Positions 7,490 to 16,762 of a DNA stretch of 62,151 nt are shown here, one piece after another (the first letter of the stretch is position 1; the number at the start of each line of letters is the position of its first letter). The DNA comes from Clostridia bacterium (GTDB taxonomy: Bacteria > Bacillota > Clostridia > Christensenellales > QALW01), in NCBI GenBank assembly GCA_045537705.1, contig JAZSPY010000117.1, forward strand, positions 1-62,151, read 5' to 3'. The translations under genes were made by a program, and so were the position numbers. Under the pieces are notes generated by a model, which saw only the letters and a program-made list of their open reading frames with translations, had not been told where the DNA came from and ran no database searches.

Positions 7490-9984
7490 TTTAAACTGAA
7501 CCAAGTCCTTCCAACATTAGTATCTGCTTTTAACGGAACTAAAAGTTCATAAACGTTTTCCATAACTTCTTTTAAAAGTTTTTTACATTCTTCCTGATGT
7601 TCCTTTGGTGTTTCAATAATAAGTTCATCGTGCACCTGAAGAATCAATTTGCCCAGATGCTGTTTTTCGTTAAGCATCTTATTAACCTGCAACATACTAA
7701 GCTTAATAATATCCGCAGCGCTGCCCTGAATAGGTGCGTTCATCGCTACCCTTTCCCCAAAGGATCGCACGTTATAGTTAGTAGATTTTAATTCAGGAAT
7801 TTCACGGCGCCTGCCCATAATGGTTTTTGCAAAACCGTGTCGTTTGGCGCTTTCAACGCTTTCTTTTAAATACTGTTCAACTTTAGGATATCTTGAAAAA
7901 TATTTTTCCATAAAAATGCCGGCTTCTTTTCTTGTTGTTCCGATATTTTTTGCTAAACCGAAATCACTGATACCGTAAACGATACCAAAGTTTACTGCTT
8001 TTGCCTGGCGGCGCTGAGAACTTGTAACTTCGCTTATATCAATACCGAAAACTTCTGCGGCGGTACGGGCGTGGATATCCTCGTTATTCTTAAATGAATT
8101 TATTAAGGTTTCATCCCCCGAAAGATGCGCTAAAATTCGCAGTTCTATCTGTGAATAGTCAGCATTAACAAGCACGTGATTTTCATCTTTTGCTAAGAAC
8201 GCACGCCTTATCTGCCTGCCTTCTTCGCTTCTTACAGGAATATTTTGTAAATTAGGCTCGGTGCTTGAAATTCTGCCTGTTGCAGTTAACGCCTGTTTAA
8301 AGGTAGAATGAATCCTGTTATCCTTTGGCGAAATAAGTGAATACATACCATCAACATAAGTGCTTTTTAACTTTTGAAGTTGCCTGTATTCAATTATCGG
8401 CTCAATAATGGGGTGCTCCAGACTTTCCAAAACGTCGTTATCCGTTGAAAAACCACGTTTTGTCTTTTTTTGCGCAGGCAAACCAAGATCTTCAAAAAGA
8501 ACCCCTGCAAGCTGAACGGGACTGTTAATATTAAACTCTTTGCCTGCAAGAAAATAAATATCTTTTGTTAATTTTGTTATTCTTTGATCAAACTCACTGC
8601 CCAACTGCCTTAAAACATTGGCTTCCACGTAAAAGCCTGTGTTTTCCATATTGTATAAAACCTTACTTAAAGGCAATTCCATATCAGAATAAAGGGAAAA
8701 GAGTTCTTTATTATTAAGTGCAACAAGCTGTTTTTTATGAATATAAAATATTGATGCTGCACCTTTATTACACGCATATTTTTCTGCTAATCTGTTAAAA
8801 GAAAAATCGTTATTGTTGGCGTCTAACAGATATTCTGCAAGCATAATATCCCCTGTTACGCCGTTAATTTCCCCAAACAAATGGTATGCGCTTTTTACAT
8901 CATAAAACACTTTTTTAATTGAATTATCAATCATTAAAGGTTTTAAAATCTCTTTGACTTCTTCAATATCCATACCCGGTTGCAACAGATCGTAAGTTAA
9001 AGAAACCTTGTAATCGGTTTTTTCATCCGTTGCAACGTAAAGCTCGTTTTCATCAAAATAAAAAGCAAGAGTGTTACCTGAAAAATTAAACTGGCTAAAA
9101 TCTTTAAGGGCAGGCGCAAAAATTTCTTCTTTAGAGCCAACACGTTCATAAAGAGATTTAAACTGATATTTTTTAAAGATTTCTGCCTGAACTTCGTTTG
9201 CGGGCGGATTATAAGCAGTTTCGTTTAGTTTAGGAACAGGCACGTTTTTTGCAATGGTTGCTAAAAACTTGCTTTGGTAAGCATCTTCTTTCCCTGCACG
9301 GATTTTTTCGCCCATTTTTCCTGAAATTTCATCGGCGTGAACAAACAAGTTGTCAAGATTTTCATACTTTTCAATTAACGATAACGCAGTTTTTTCGCCA
9401 ACACCCTGAATGCCGGGAATATTATCTGAAGAATCACCCATCAATGCTTTAAGATCACATACCTGATGGGGTAAAACGCCATAATATTCCTTTAAATTAT
9501 CAGGGGTAAGGGTAACAAGTTCGGAAATACCTTTTTTAGTAAACCAAACTGTAACAAGGGGTGAAATTAACTGAAAAGAATCCCTATCCCCTGTTAAAAC
9601 TGCCGCCATAGAATTTTCCTGTTCACACAAAGAACAGTATGTGCCGATAATATCATCTGCTTCAAAGCCGGGCATTTCAAAAACAAAAACACCTAAGGAC
9701 TTTAAAACTTCTTTTAATAATGGTATCTGGGGCACAAGTTCTTCGGGCATTTTCTTTCTGCCTGCCTTATAGGAAGCATACTTTTCGTGACGGAAGGTTG
9801 GATGCTTAACATCAAAAGCGCAAACGATATTATCAGGCTGATATTCGTCTACCGCTTTATAAAACATCTTTAAAAATCCGTACACACCGTTAGTGTACTG
9901 ACCTTCATCCGTAGATAGTATAGGCAAAGCGTAAAATGCCCTGTTTATTAAACTGTTACCGTCAATTAAAAGTGTTTTTTTCAT
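7486..9984 (-). CDS. polA: DNA polymerase I
   Basis: An N-terminal 5' nuclease (LIDGNSLINRAFYA) is followed by pol A-family motifs: DYSQIELR, RRQAKAVNFGIVYG and QVHDEL. The start at MKKTLL has an AAGGAA RBS and lies just after the stop of the upstream gene. Confidence 0.95.
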   Translation of the reverse strand: MKKTLLIDGNSLINRAFYALPILSTDEGQYTNGVYGFLKMFYKAVDEYQPDNIVCAFDVKHPTFRHEKYASYKAGRKKMPEELVPQIPLLKEVLKSLGVFVFEMPGFEADDIIGTYCSLCEQENSMAAVLTGDRDSFQLISPLVTVWFTKKGISELVTLTPDNLKEYYGVLPHQVCDLKALMGDSSDNIPGIQGVGEKTALSLIEKYENLDNLFVHADEISGKMGEKIRAGKEDAYQSKFLATIAKNVPVPKLNETAYNPPANEVQAEIFKKYQFKSLYERVGSKEEIFAPALKDFSQFNFSGNTLAFYFDENELYVATDEKTDYKVSLTYDLLQPGMDIEEVKEILKPLMIDNSIKKVFYDVKSAYHLFGEINGVTGDIMLAEYLLDANNNDFSFNRLAEKYACNKGAASIFYIHKKQLVALNNKELFSLYSDMELPLSKVLYNMENTGFYVEANVLRQLGSEFDQRITKLTKDIYFLAGKEFNINSPVQLAGVLFEDLGLPAQKKTKRGFSTDNDVLESLEHPIIEPIIEYRQLQKLKSTYVDGMYSLISPKDNRIHSTFKQALTATGRISSTEPNLQNIPVRSEEGRQIRRAFLAKDENHVLVNADYSQIELRILAHLSGDETLINSFKNNEDIHARTAAEVFGIDISEVTSSQRRQAKAVNFGIVYGISDFGLAKNIGTTRKEAGIFMEKYFSRYPKVEQYLKESVESAKRHGFAKTIMGRRREIPELKSTNYNVRSFGERVAMNAPIQGSAADIIKLSMLQVNKMLNEKQHLGKLILQVHDELIIETPKEHQEECKKLLKEVMENVYELLVPLKADTNVGRTWFSLK

Positions 9985-10003
9985 TAAAATTTCCTTTTTT
10001 AAT

Positions 10004-13000
10004 TTAATTTGGGAACCAATAAGCAAACCAAGATGGCAGCCATCTTAAATAATCCCTTACAAATTCCCTTGAAACGCTTGTTCCTGTCCATAAAGGTTTA
10101 AACATAAAGAATAACACTATCGTTATAACTGCAAGGGCAATAGTTACAATCGTGCCGATTTTAACGTTCTTTCTTGCAAGATGCCTTAACATATAAATTG
10201 TGAATAGCATTATAAAGGGAACGGAAGCAAAATAGTGATAAATAAAGATACATCTGTTTACCCCAACCCAAGGCAATAAGTTGGTTGCAAGGGCTAATAC
10301 AAGGAATAATAAAAGGGAAGTATCTCTTCTGTTTCTATCAAGCACGTCTTCATCCCCTGCACTAAAGAAACCAAAGAAGCGGTTTTTAATGTTCTGTGCT
10401 ACAGGTAAAACGTCCTTATTAGGCTCAATAAAACGCTTAACGAAAACGTACATTGCCATTAAGGTGCATACAAGACCTGAATACCACACTGCAGGGTTAC
10501 CAAAGGAATAGATTGCCGACATAGTTTCTGAATTGCTTGGGCCTAAATAGTAGAACATTGGCAAATACATAACGGGCCAGGTGTACCAATCGCTTTGATA
10601 TCCGTGGGTTGCTTCTAATTTAGAATGATAGTTAAACATATCCTTTTGATTCTGAATAATCAGTTCGTGCCACTTTCTTGTTTCGCCAACTGCATTCCAG
10701 TATGGGTAATAAGAAGCACAATAAATAATCAAAGGAATAATTATAAACACAAGAATACAGAACAATAGCGTGTAACAAGTGTTTAAAGCAAAACTGTTTG
10801 TAACGTGTTGTAAATATTGTTTGGTTTCGCCTGTTGCTTTAGGTAATGCCTTTTTAGCAACGGTGTATTCCTGATAACGCTTAAACAACGTCATAAAGAA
10901 AATTACTGCAAGGCCTGCACCTGCATATAAGCAAATCCACTTACTTGCGGCGCCTAAGCCAAAGGAAAGTCCGCAAAGGCCTAAAGGAATAAAGGTTTTT
11001 TTAAGCGGCATATCATAGAAGCTTATACTGTAATACCAGTACATAAACAGGAACATTAAAATGATAAACAATACACCGTAGGAATCTATTGTTGCAATCC
11101 TTGTTTGTACAAAATGCATACCGTCAAACGCCATTAAAAGCGCAGCCAAAGTTGCCCAAACGGTTTTTCTGAACATTAAAAGAGCAAGGAAGAATATTGC
11201 AGGTATCATCAATACCCCTGCCATAGTTCCTGCTAAGCGCCAGGCAAAAGGATTCATACCTAAAGTCTTAACACTCCAGGACATAAAGTCTTTACCCAGT
11301 GGCGGATGTGTCCATTCGTAAATAGGTTCACCGTTTGCACTTTCAAAAGCAGTGCGGGCGTGATAGATTTCATCAAAATACATACTGTTCATATAGGTTG
11401 CACCTTCATAGGGTACAAGATCCTGTTCATCAAACAACGCTTTTCCGCCGTTATCTTCAGGATTTGAAGCGTATATATTTTTGATTTCTATGGTTTTTTC
11501 AGAGTTTCCTTTTTCAAAGAATCCCATTTCAAGAATCTTTGAGAACTGGTTGTTCGCAACAACGAGTACGTATCTTGCTTCCCCTTGTGTTCCAAGGCCG
11601 TGCCAATAATAAAGGTTGCTCTTTTCAAATTTGGTTACACCGTTAGGTAAGAAATCTTCACCATCTAAAGAATAATAAACGTTAAAAGAGCCTTCGGTTA
11701 AGCTTAAATAGTAATATGCTTTTTCAAGTTGTTTTATTTCCCCAAAATCAACAAGCACGTAATCGTTAATACTTGTAATAGACCAGGTTGCCGTTTCGTT
11801 CTGGTGCAATCCTTGTAAAGCGGATTCAGGTTCATCAAAGGCAGAAAGAATATCGCCTTGAACCTTGTTACCGTTTTCATCGGTGATTTCTTTTATTTTT
11901 ATAATATTTCCGTTTTCAACAAGCAGAATTTCACCAACAGAAACAGCATCTGTATTTTTAATCATTACTTTTTGAACAGGGGGAAGAATATCGCTTTCAA
12001 GAAGCGAACTGCCTTCTGCCCAGCCATCTGTTGATGAAGTAAAGGATAAAGTATCACTCCAGGGTTCTTCCATACTAAGATTGCCCAGTTCCTGCGCTAA
12101 GGCAGATAAAATAATCTGTCCTCCGCCCTTAATATAAACGTAGGAATCGCTGATGTTTACAGGCTGATCAAAGGTAACGATATAGTTGCCGCCTGATTGC
12201 CAGTAAGTTTTAACACTTTCTTTTTCTTTATTAAAACTTTGCTGATCATCAAAAAGGTTATTTGCTTCCCCTGAAACTTTATCAATAGGAACAACGCTTT
12301 GAGAAGTTTCCATAATTTCAAGAGGTTTGCCATCTTTTAAAATAACGATTTCTTCTAATTTTAATTGGCTAAGCGCCTTAATTTTAACGTATCTTGCGCT
12401 TGCCTTTTCTATTATTTCCTGCCAGGTGTTTTCTAAACCGGAAGCCTTTTTATACTGGCTGTAATTTACACCATCATCTGAAAGACTGATTTCAAAACTT
12501 CCGCTTTTGGCTTTATAGGAAATTCCATCAAATTCCTTAACTTCACCAAGATCGGCAACCGCATAAACTTCGGTTGTACCTGTGTTCCAATAACTTTCAG
12601 GTGCTTTGGTATCACCTAAATTTGTAAAAGCGATAACTGAATATATTGCAGTTATTAAAAGGCAGATAAGGATATCTCTTAATTGCACTTTAGGTAATTT
12701 AAAGCTACGTTTTTCAAGCAACTTATTAAGTGCTGTATTAACAGGTTTTATTGGTTGCGCGGGCGCTTTTTTAATAGTAGGTTTACGGGCAGGAACCTTT
12801 TTATCGGGGATTCCTTTTAAAACAAGTTCGTGTGTTACGTAAGCTTGGTAGATAAATAACAGTACCGTTAAAAGTGAACCGATAATAAATACCGCATCAT
12901 CTTTATCAAAGTAAACTTTTATACCTTCGTAAAGGAACAGTAGCCCCGCTGTGTTTATAAAATTAAGCACTGCATAACCGATAGATATGAATAAAAATCT

Positions 13001-14824
13001 CTTATCGTTTAACCTTACAAAACTCATTATAAGCATTGCAATAACAGGGAACATATATCTTTCGTGTGTTCTTGTGGAAACCGTTACTGCGCCGGCAAGC
13101 ATAAATGCGCCTAATGCCCAAAACCATCTTGCTTCCATAAGGTTTTTGCGTGTTATAAGCCAAAGGAACATTAAAACTGTTAAAATAATAACTACGTAAA
13201 GCAAAACTGTGCCAAGTGTTGCATAGGTTAAAGATCCTGTAATTATAGTTTCCGATGGTACCCATTGACCTTTTAAAAGACCCATAAGCCCAAAGGAAGA
13301 AAGTGTTGCGTAATCGTAGGAGCCTAAGGTATCAAGATATTTATTTACAAGCCACATAGGTTCCTGATCGTTTTGCATAATAATTGAAATCAAAGCAAAC
13401 AGCAAAAATGATCCAAGCAAATATCCAAAGCCTTTAATAAGCCTTGAAGCGCCTTCTTTTTTATCCTTTTTGTTGTATGCAAGATAAATTAAATAGAATT
13501 CTCTGATTGCCCCAAGAAGCATTACAGGGCCAAAGAGTATCGCCTGTGGCTTTAATAATAAACCGATAAAGTAAATTAAAATTGATAAGCCGAATTTATC
13601 TTCATCCATTAACCAGAAGGCAAGAAGCATAAATAAAACTAAGATGGAATCTACCTGACCCCAGAAAGCAGAGTTCACAATAGCTGTTGGTAAAAGCGCA
13701 TAACCGATACCAAGAATAGCGCCGATTTTTTCATTAACGTGCTTTTTAGCAATATCCATTATAAGAATTGCCGCCAAGCAATCAGCTAAACAGGCGGGCA
13801 ACTTTAATAAAACAAGACCAAAGCCTTCCTGCAAGGAAAGTTTAAACAAATCTGCAATAAAAGAAAGTATGCCTAATACCATCATATATAACGGCGGATA
13901 ATCGCAGAAATAGTTTTCGGCATAGAATTTACCTAAACCAACCTCTGCCATTCTTTCACCCCAGGCAGAGAAGCATCCGATATCAACTTTAAAACCAACG
14001 TAACTGCCTGAAGCAATAAGCCTTACTAAAAGGGAAATCGCAATAATGATATAAGCATCTCTGATTTTTAAATTAAGGCCGCCCTTTGCCCACATTAAAA
14101 ACAGTACAAGCGCAAGAAAAAGCGCAATACCGGTTATAACAACATTTGCCTGAATCTTTGCAGAAGTAGGGTTGTTTTTATCAGTTTCATCAGTGTTTTC
14201 TTCTTCAGAAGCCTGGAACTGAAAACTTGCCATTGAAGCAGCAGAAACACCTGTAGGTACTTCTTTTACCCTTGTAAGTGAAACGTTATCAAAGTATGCT
14301 ATACCTAACGCATCTGCGCTATAATAACCAAGGCGCAAAGCAACGGTAACTTCAGTAGTTTTACTGTCAGTTTTACCGTAAAGCACAATTTCCTGCCAAT
14401 CAGAATTTGCTTTTACAAATTCACTTTTACAATAAGTTTGTAAAAAGCAGATGTTGGCACCTGTTTCGGCTGAGGATGCCTGAATATCTTCCGTTTTTAC
14501 AAAGGCACTTAACTTGTAGTAAGAATCAGGGGCAACCTGAACCTTTTGAATAAAGCGTGCATCATTAAATTCAGGGCTGTGAATTTTAAGTACGTTTTTG
14601 CCTTCAGGGGCGCCCGTTTCTTCTACAGCCTGATAATATTGTAAAGGTGCAGAAACGTTATACCTATCCAGCGCCCACTCTGAAACGCTGGTTCCTGTTT
14701 CGGTTTCAAAGCTACCGTTTAAAATAAGATTTTCGTTGTACGCCTGTTTTTTATTTTTATCACAAGCGCTTAACGTAAGCAATGATACTATTATCAAAAT
14801 AATAGCAAGTATCCTTTTTTTCAT
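10004..14824 (-). CDS. Giant (1606 aa) lipoprotein-anchored dual GT-C membrane glycosyltransferase. Domain order: CBM-like, Gpi18/PIG-V-like GT-C, discoidin-like x3, PMT (GT39)-like GT-C
   Basis: Lipobox LLTLSAC. LILNGSFE begins a beta-sandwich. Multi-TM block 1 carries FKVDIG...YFCDYPPLY (about nt 13886-13903). A K/P-rich linker follows. Three repeats have F5/8-type-C-like W..(V/T).DLG/DFG patterns. The PMT signature then appears as YFDEIYHARTA (nt 11351-11383), THPPLGK and about 10 more TM helices. Confidence 0.8.
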   Translation of the reverse strand: MKKRILAIILIIVSLLTLSACDKNKKQAYNENLILNGSFETETGTSVSEWALDRYNVSAPLQYYQAVEETGAPEGKNVLKIHSPEFNDARFIQKVQVAPDSYYKLSAFVKTEDIQASSAETGANICFLQTYCKSEFVKANSDWQEIVLYGKTDSKTTEVTVALRLGYYSADALGIAYFDNVSLTRVKEVPTGVSAASMASFQFQASEEENTDETDKNNPTSAKIQANVVITGIALFLALVLFLMWAKGGLNLKIRDAYIIIAISLLVRLIASGSYVGFKVDIGCFSAWGERMAEVGLGKFYAENYFCDYPPLYMMVLGILSFIADLFKLSLQEGFGLVLLKLPACLADCLAAILIMDIAKKHVNEKIGAILGIGYALLPTAIVNSAFWGQVDSILVLFMLLAFWLMDEDKFGLSILIYFIGLLLKPQAILFGPVMLLGAIREFYLIYLAYNKKDKKEGASRLIKGFGYLLGSFLLFALISIIMQNDQEPMWLVNKYLDTLGSYDYATLSSFGLMGLLKGQWVPSETIITGSLTYATLGTVLLYVVIILTVLMFLWLITRKNLMEARWFWALGAFMLAGAVTVSTRTHERYMFPVIAMLIMSFVRLNDKRFLFISIGYAVLNFINTAGLLFLYEGIKVYFDKDDAVFIIGSLLTVLLFIYQAYVTHELVLKGIPDKKVPARKPTIKKAPAQPIKPVNTALNKLLEKRSFKLPKVQLRDILICLLITAIYSVIAFTNLGDTKAPESYWNTGTTEVYAVADLGEVKEFDGISYKAKSGSFEISLSDDGVNYSQYKKASGLENTWQEIIEKASARYVKIKALSQLKLEEIVILKDGKPLEIMETSQSVVPIDKVSGEANNLFDDQQSFNKEKESVKTYWQSGGNYIVTFDQPVNISDSYVYIKGGGQIILSALAQELGNLSMEEPWSDTLSFTSSTDGWAEGSSLLESDILPPVQKVMIKNTDAVSVGEILLVENGNIIKIKEITDENGNKVQGDILSAFDEPESALQGLHQNETATWSITSINDYVLVDFGEIKQLEKAYYYLSLTEGSFNVYYSLDGEDFLPNGVTKFEKSNLYYWHGLGTQGEARYVLVVANNQFSKILEMGFFEKGNSEKTIEIKNIYASNPEDNGGKALFDEQDLVPYEGATYMNSMYFDEIYHARTAFESANGEPIYEWTHPPLGKDFMSWSVKTLGMNPFAWRLAGTMAGVLMIPAIFFLALLMFRKTVWATLAALLMAFDGMHFVQTRIATIDSYGVLFIILMFLFMYWYYSISFYDMPLKKTFIPLGLCGLSFGLGAASKWICLYAGAGLAVIFFMTLFKRYQEYTVAKKALPKATGETKQYLQHVTNSFALNTCYTLLFCILVFIIIPLIIYCASYYPYWNAVGETRKWHELIIQNQKDMFNYHSKLEATHGYQSDWYTWPVMYLPMFYYLGPSNSETMSAIYSFGNPAVWYSGLVCTLMAMYVFVKRFIEPNKDVLPVAQNIKNRFFGFFSAGDEDVLDRNRRDTSLLLFLVLALATNLLPWVGVNRCIFIYHYFASVPFIMLFTIYMLRHLARKNVKIGTIVTIALAVITIVLFFMFKPLWTGTSVSREFVRDYLRWLPSWFAYWFPN

Positions 14825-14836
14825 GGAACTCTCCTT

Positions 14837-15190
14837 TTAAAATGCATTTTTTATATGTTCAATTTCAGGAAATTCATCTAAAAACATGATTTCAATAACG
14901 TCAAATCTACTGGGAACTTCTTTTTTTATTCTTGTTGCCAGATAATGCTTTGCCCCATAAATCATATTTTCCTGTTTTTGTTTTGTAATCGCTTCCCTAC
15001 CGTAACCTGTAAGAGTGTTATACCTGAGTTTAACTTCAACAAAAACAAAAACTTCTTTATCTTTTGCGATTATATCTATCTCAGCTTTTTTTGAAGCGTG
15101 ATAGTTTTCTTCAATTATCTTATAACCAAGTTTTTTAAGGTGCTTTTTTGCAAGGGTTTCACCTATATCCCCTTTACTGCGGGTATTCAT
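14837..15190 (-). CDS. yraN: YraN family (UPF0102) endonuclease-like protein
   Basis: 117 aa. The pattern GDIGE..A..HL...GY.I...N......EIDIIA.....VFVEVK.R matches the family. It sits in the classical position after rnhB. Confidence 0.8.
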   Translation of the reverse strand: MNTRSKGDIGETLAKKHLKKLGYKIIEENYHASKKAEIDIIAKDKEVFVFVEVKLRYNTLTGYGREAITKQKQENMIYGAKHYLATRIKKEVPSRFDVIEIMFLDEFPEIEHIKNAF

Positions 15191-15777
15191 AATATCTTTG
15201 TTAAAAAGCTTGCCCTGTGATATGGGCAGGGACCGTATTTTTTAATGGCTTCAATATGTTCCTTGGTGCCGTATCCCTTGTGCTTTTTAAAATTATACAT
15301 AGGGTATTCTTCGTGAATTTTTAACATTAGCCTGTCCCTTGTTACTTTTGCAATAATGCTTGCGGCGCCAATAGATAAAGATTTTGCATCACCGCCGATA
15401 ACAAATTTTTCGTTTTCGCTTAATCCTATGGTAAAGTTACCATCAATCAACAAATAATCAGGTTGAACTTTCATTCCCTTTGCGGCATTTTGCATTGCTA
15501 AAATTGTTGCCTGGCGAATATTTATTTCATCAATTATTTTTGCATCAACCAAACTGTAAGAAACGATAGCGCTTTCCATAATCTTATGGTAAAGTGCTTC
15601 CCTTTTTTTCTCCGTTAGTTTTTTTGAATCGTTAATACCTTCAGGAATATTATTTTTATCTAAAATTACACAGGCGGCGCAAACGGGACCTGCAAGAGGA
15701 CCCCTGCCGGCTTCATCAATTCCGCCAATATTTTTAAAGCCTTTTAAATTAAGTTGGTTTTCAAGTTCTAATGTCAT
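15187..15777 (-). CDS. rnhB: Ribonuclease HII
   Basis: GIDEAGRGPLAGPV is the catalytic motif. 196 aa. Confidence 0.92.
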   Translation of the reverse strand: MTLELENQLNLKGFKNIGGIDEAGRGPLAGPVCAACVILDKNNIPEGINDSKKLTEKKREALYHKIMESAIVSYSLVDAKIIDEINIRQATILAMQNAAKGMKVQPDYLLIDGNFTIGLSENEKFVIGGDAKSLSIGAASIIAKVTRDRLMLKIHEEYPMYNFKKHKGYGTKEHIEAIKKYGPCPYHRASFLTKIL

Positions 15778-16597
15778 GGGGAACCTCCAATGTCATTTTA
15801 CCGATAGTACCTGCACGGAATTCATCAATTAAAACCCTGGCACAACGATCGTAATCATATTCCCTGTTTTTCATTAAAAAACCGCGTTTTTCACAAATTG
15901 CTTCATAATCCATAATGGCTTCTTCCCCTAATTCTATCTTATAGCGTTCTTTAAGGTTTTCAGGGTAAAGCTCTCTTAACGTTTTTATCAGTTCTAACGC
16001 AAGCTCCTCCCTATCAAGAATTTCATCGTTGATAGAACCTAAAAAAGCAAGATATTTTGCGCTTTGCTGATCATCAAACTTTGGCCATAAAAGCCCCGGG
16101 GTATCAAGTAAATCAACAGCGCCTGTTTTTACCCATTGTTTGCCCCTTGTAACGCCCGGCCTATCACCTGTTTTTGCTTTTTGTGAGCCTGTTAAAGTGT
16201 TTATGAGTGTTGATTTACCAACGTTAGGTATGCCTGCAACTAGCGCGCGCATATTGCGAACAACACCTTTTTGCTTAAAATATTCTGCTTTTTCTTTGCA
16301 GATTTTATTTATAAAGGAAACAATCTCACTTTGTTTATTTTTAGCGCAAACCGCTAAAACAGGGATGTTTTTTTCTTCAAACCACTTTATCCACTGCTTT
16401 GTTTTTTCACTATCAGCAAGATCTGCTTTATTTAAAAGCACAAGGCGTGGTTTATTAAATTTTTCAATATCGGGATTAGCGCTTGAATATGGAATACGTG
16501 CGTCCCTTATCTCAATGATAATATCAATAAGCTTAAGGTTTTCTTCCATCATTCTTTTAGCGGCAGTCATGTGCCCGGGATACCAGTTAATATGCAT
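15761..16597 (-). CDS. rbgA: Ribosome biogenesis GTPase A (YlqF/RbgA)
   Basis: MHINWYPGHMTAAKR, circularly permuted GTPase motifs (LLNKADL, GIPNVGKST) and DTPG. The start is chosen at the second ATG, which follows a GGAGA RBS. Confidence 0.9.
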   Translation of the reverse strand: MHINWYPGHMTAAKRMMEENLKLIDIIIEIRDARIPYSSANPDIEKFNKPRLVLLNKADLADSEKTKQWIKWFEEKNIPVLAVCAKNKQSEIVSFINKICKEKAEYFKQKGVVRNMRALVAGIPNVGKSTLINTLTGSQKAKTGDRPGVTRGKQWVKTGAVDLLDTPGLLWPKFDDQQSAKYLAFLGSINDEILDREELALELIKTLRELYPENLKERYKIELGEEAIMDYEAICEKRGFLMKNREYDYDRCARVLIDEFRAGTIGKMTLEVPHDIRT

Positions 16598-16762
16598 AAA
16601 GATCTCCATTATATTATAATCTAAAATATTATATCATATATATTGCGAAAATAAAAGAACATTTTTTTCAAGCAAAATTTTTTCAAAAAAAGCCCCTAAA
16701 ACCCTTGAAATGTAAAAATATTTCTGTTATAATACTACACACAAAAGTTTTAAGGAGTATTT

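Noticed and set aside
16140-16619. 159-aa plus-strand ORF antisense to rbgA
   Set aside because: It lies entirely within the well-supported GTPase gene, has no RBS, and its composition is typical of a shadow ORF.
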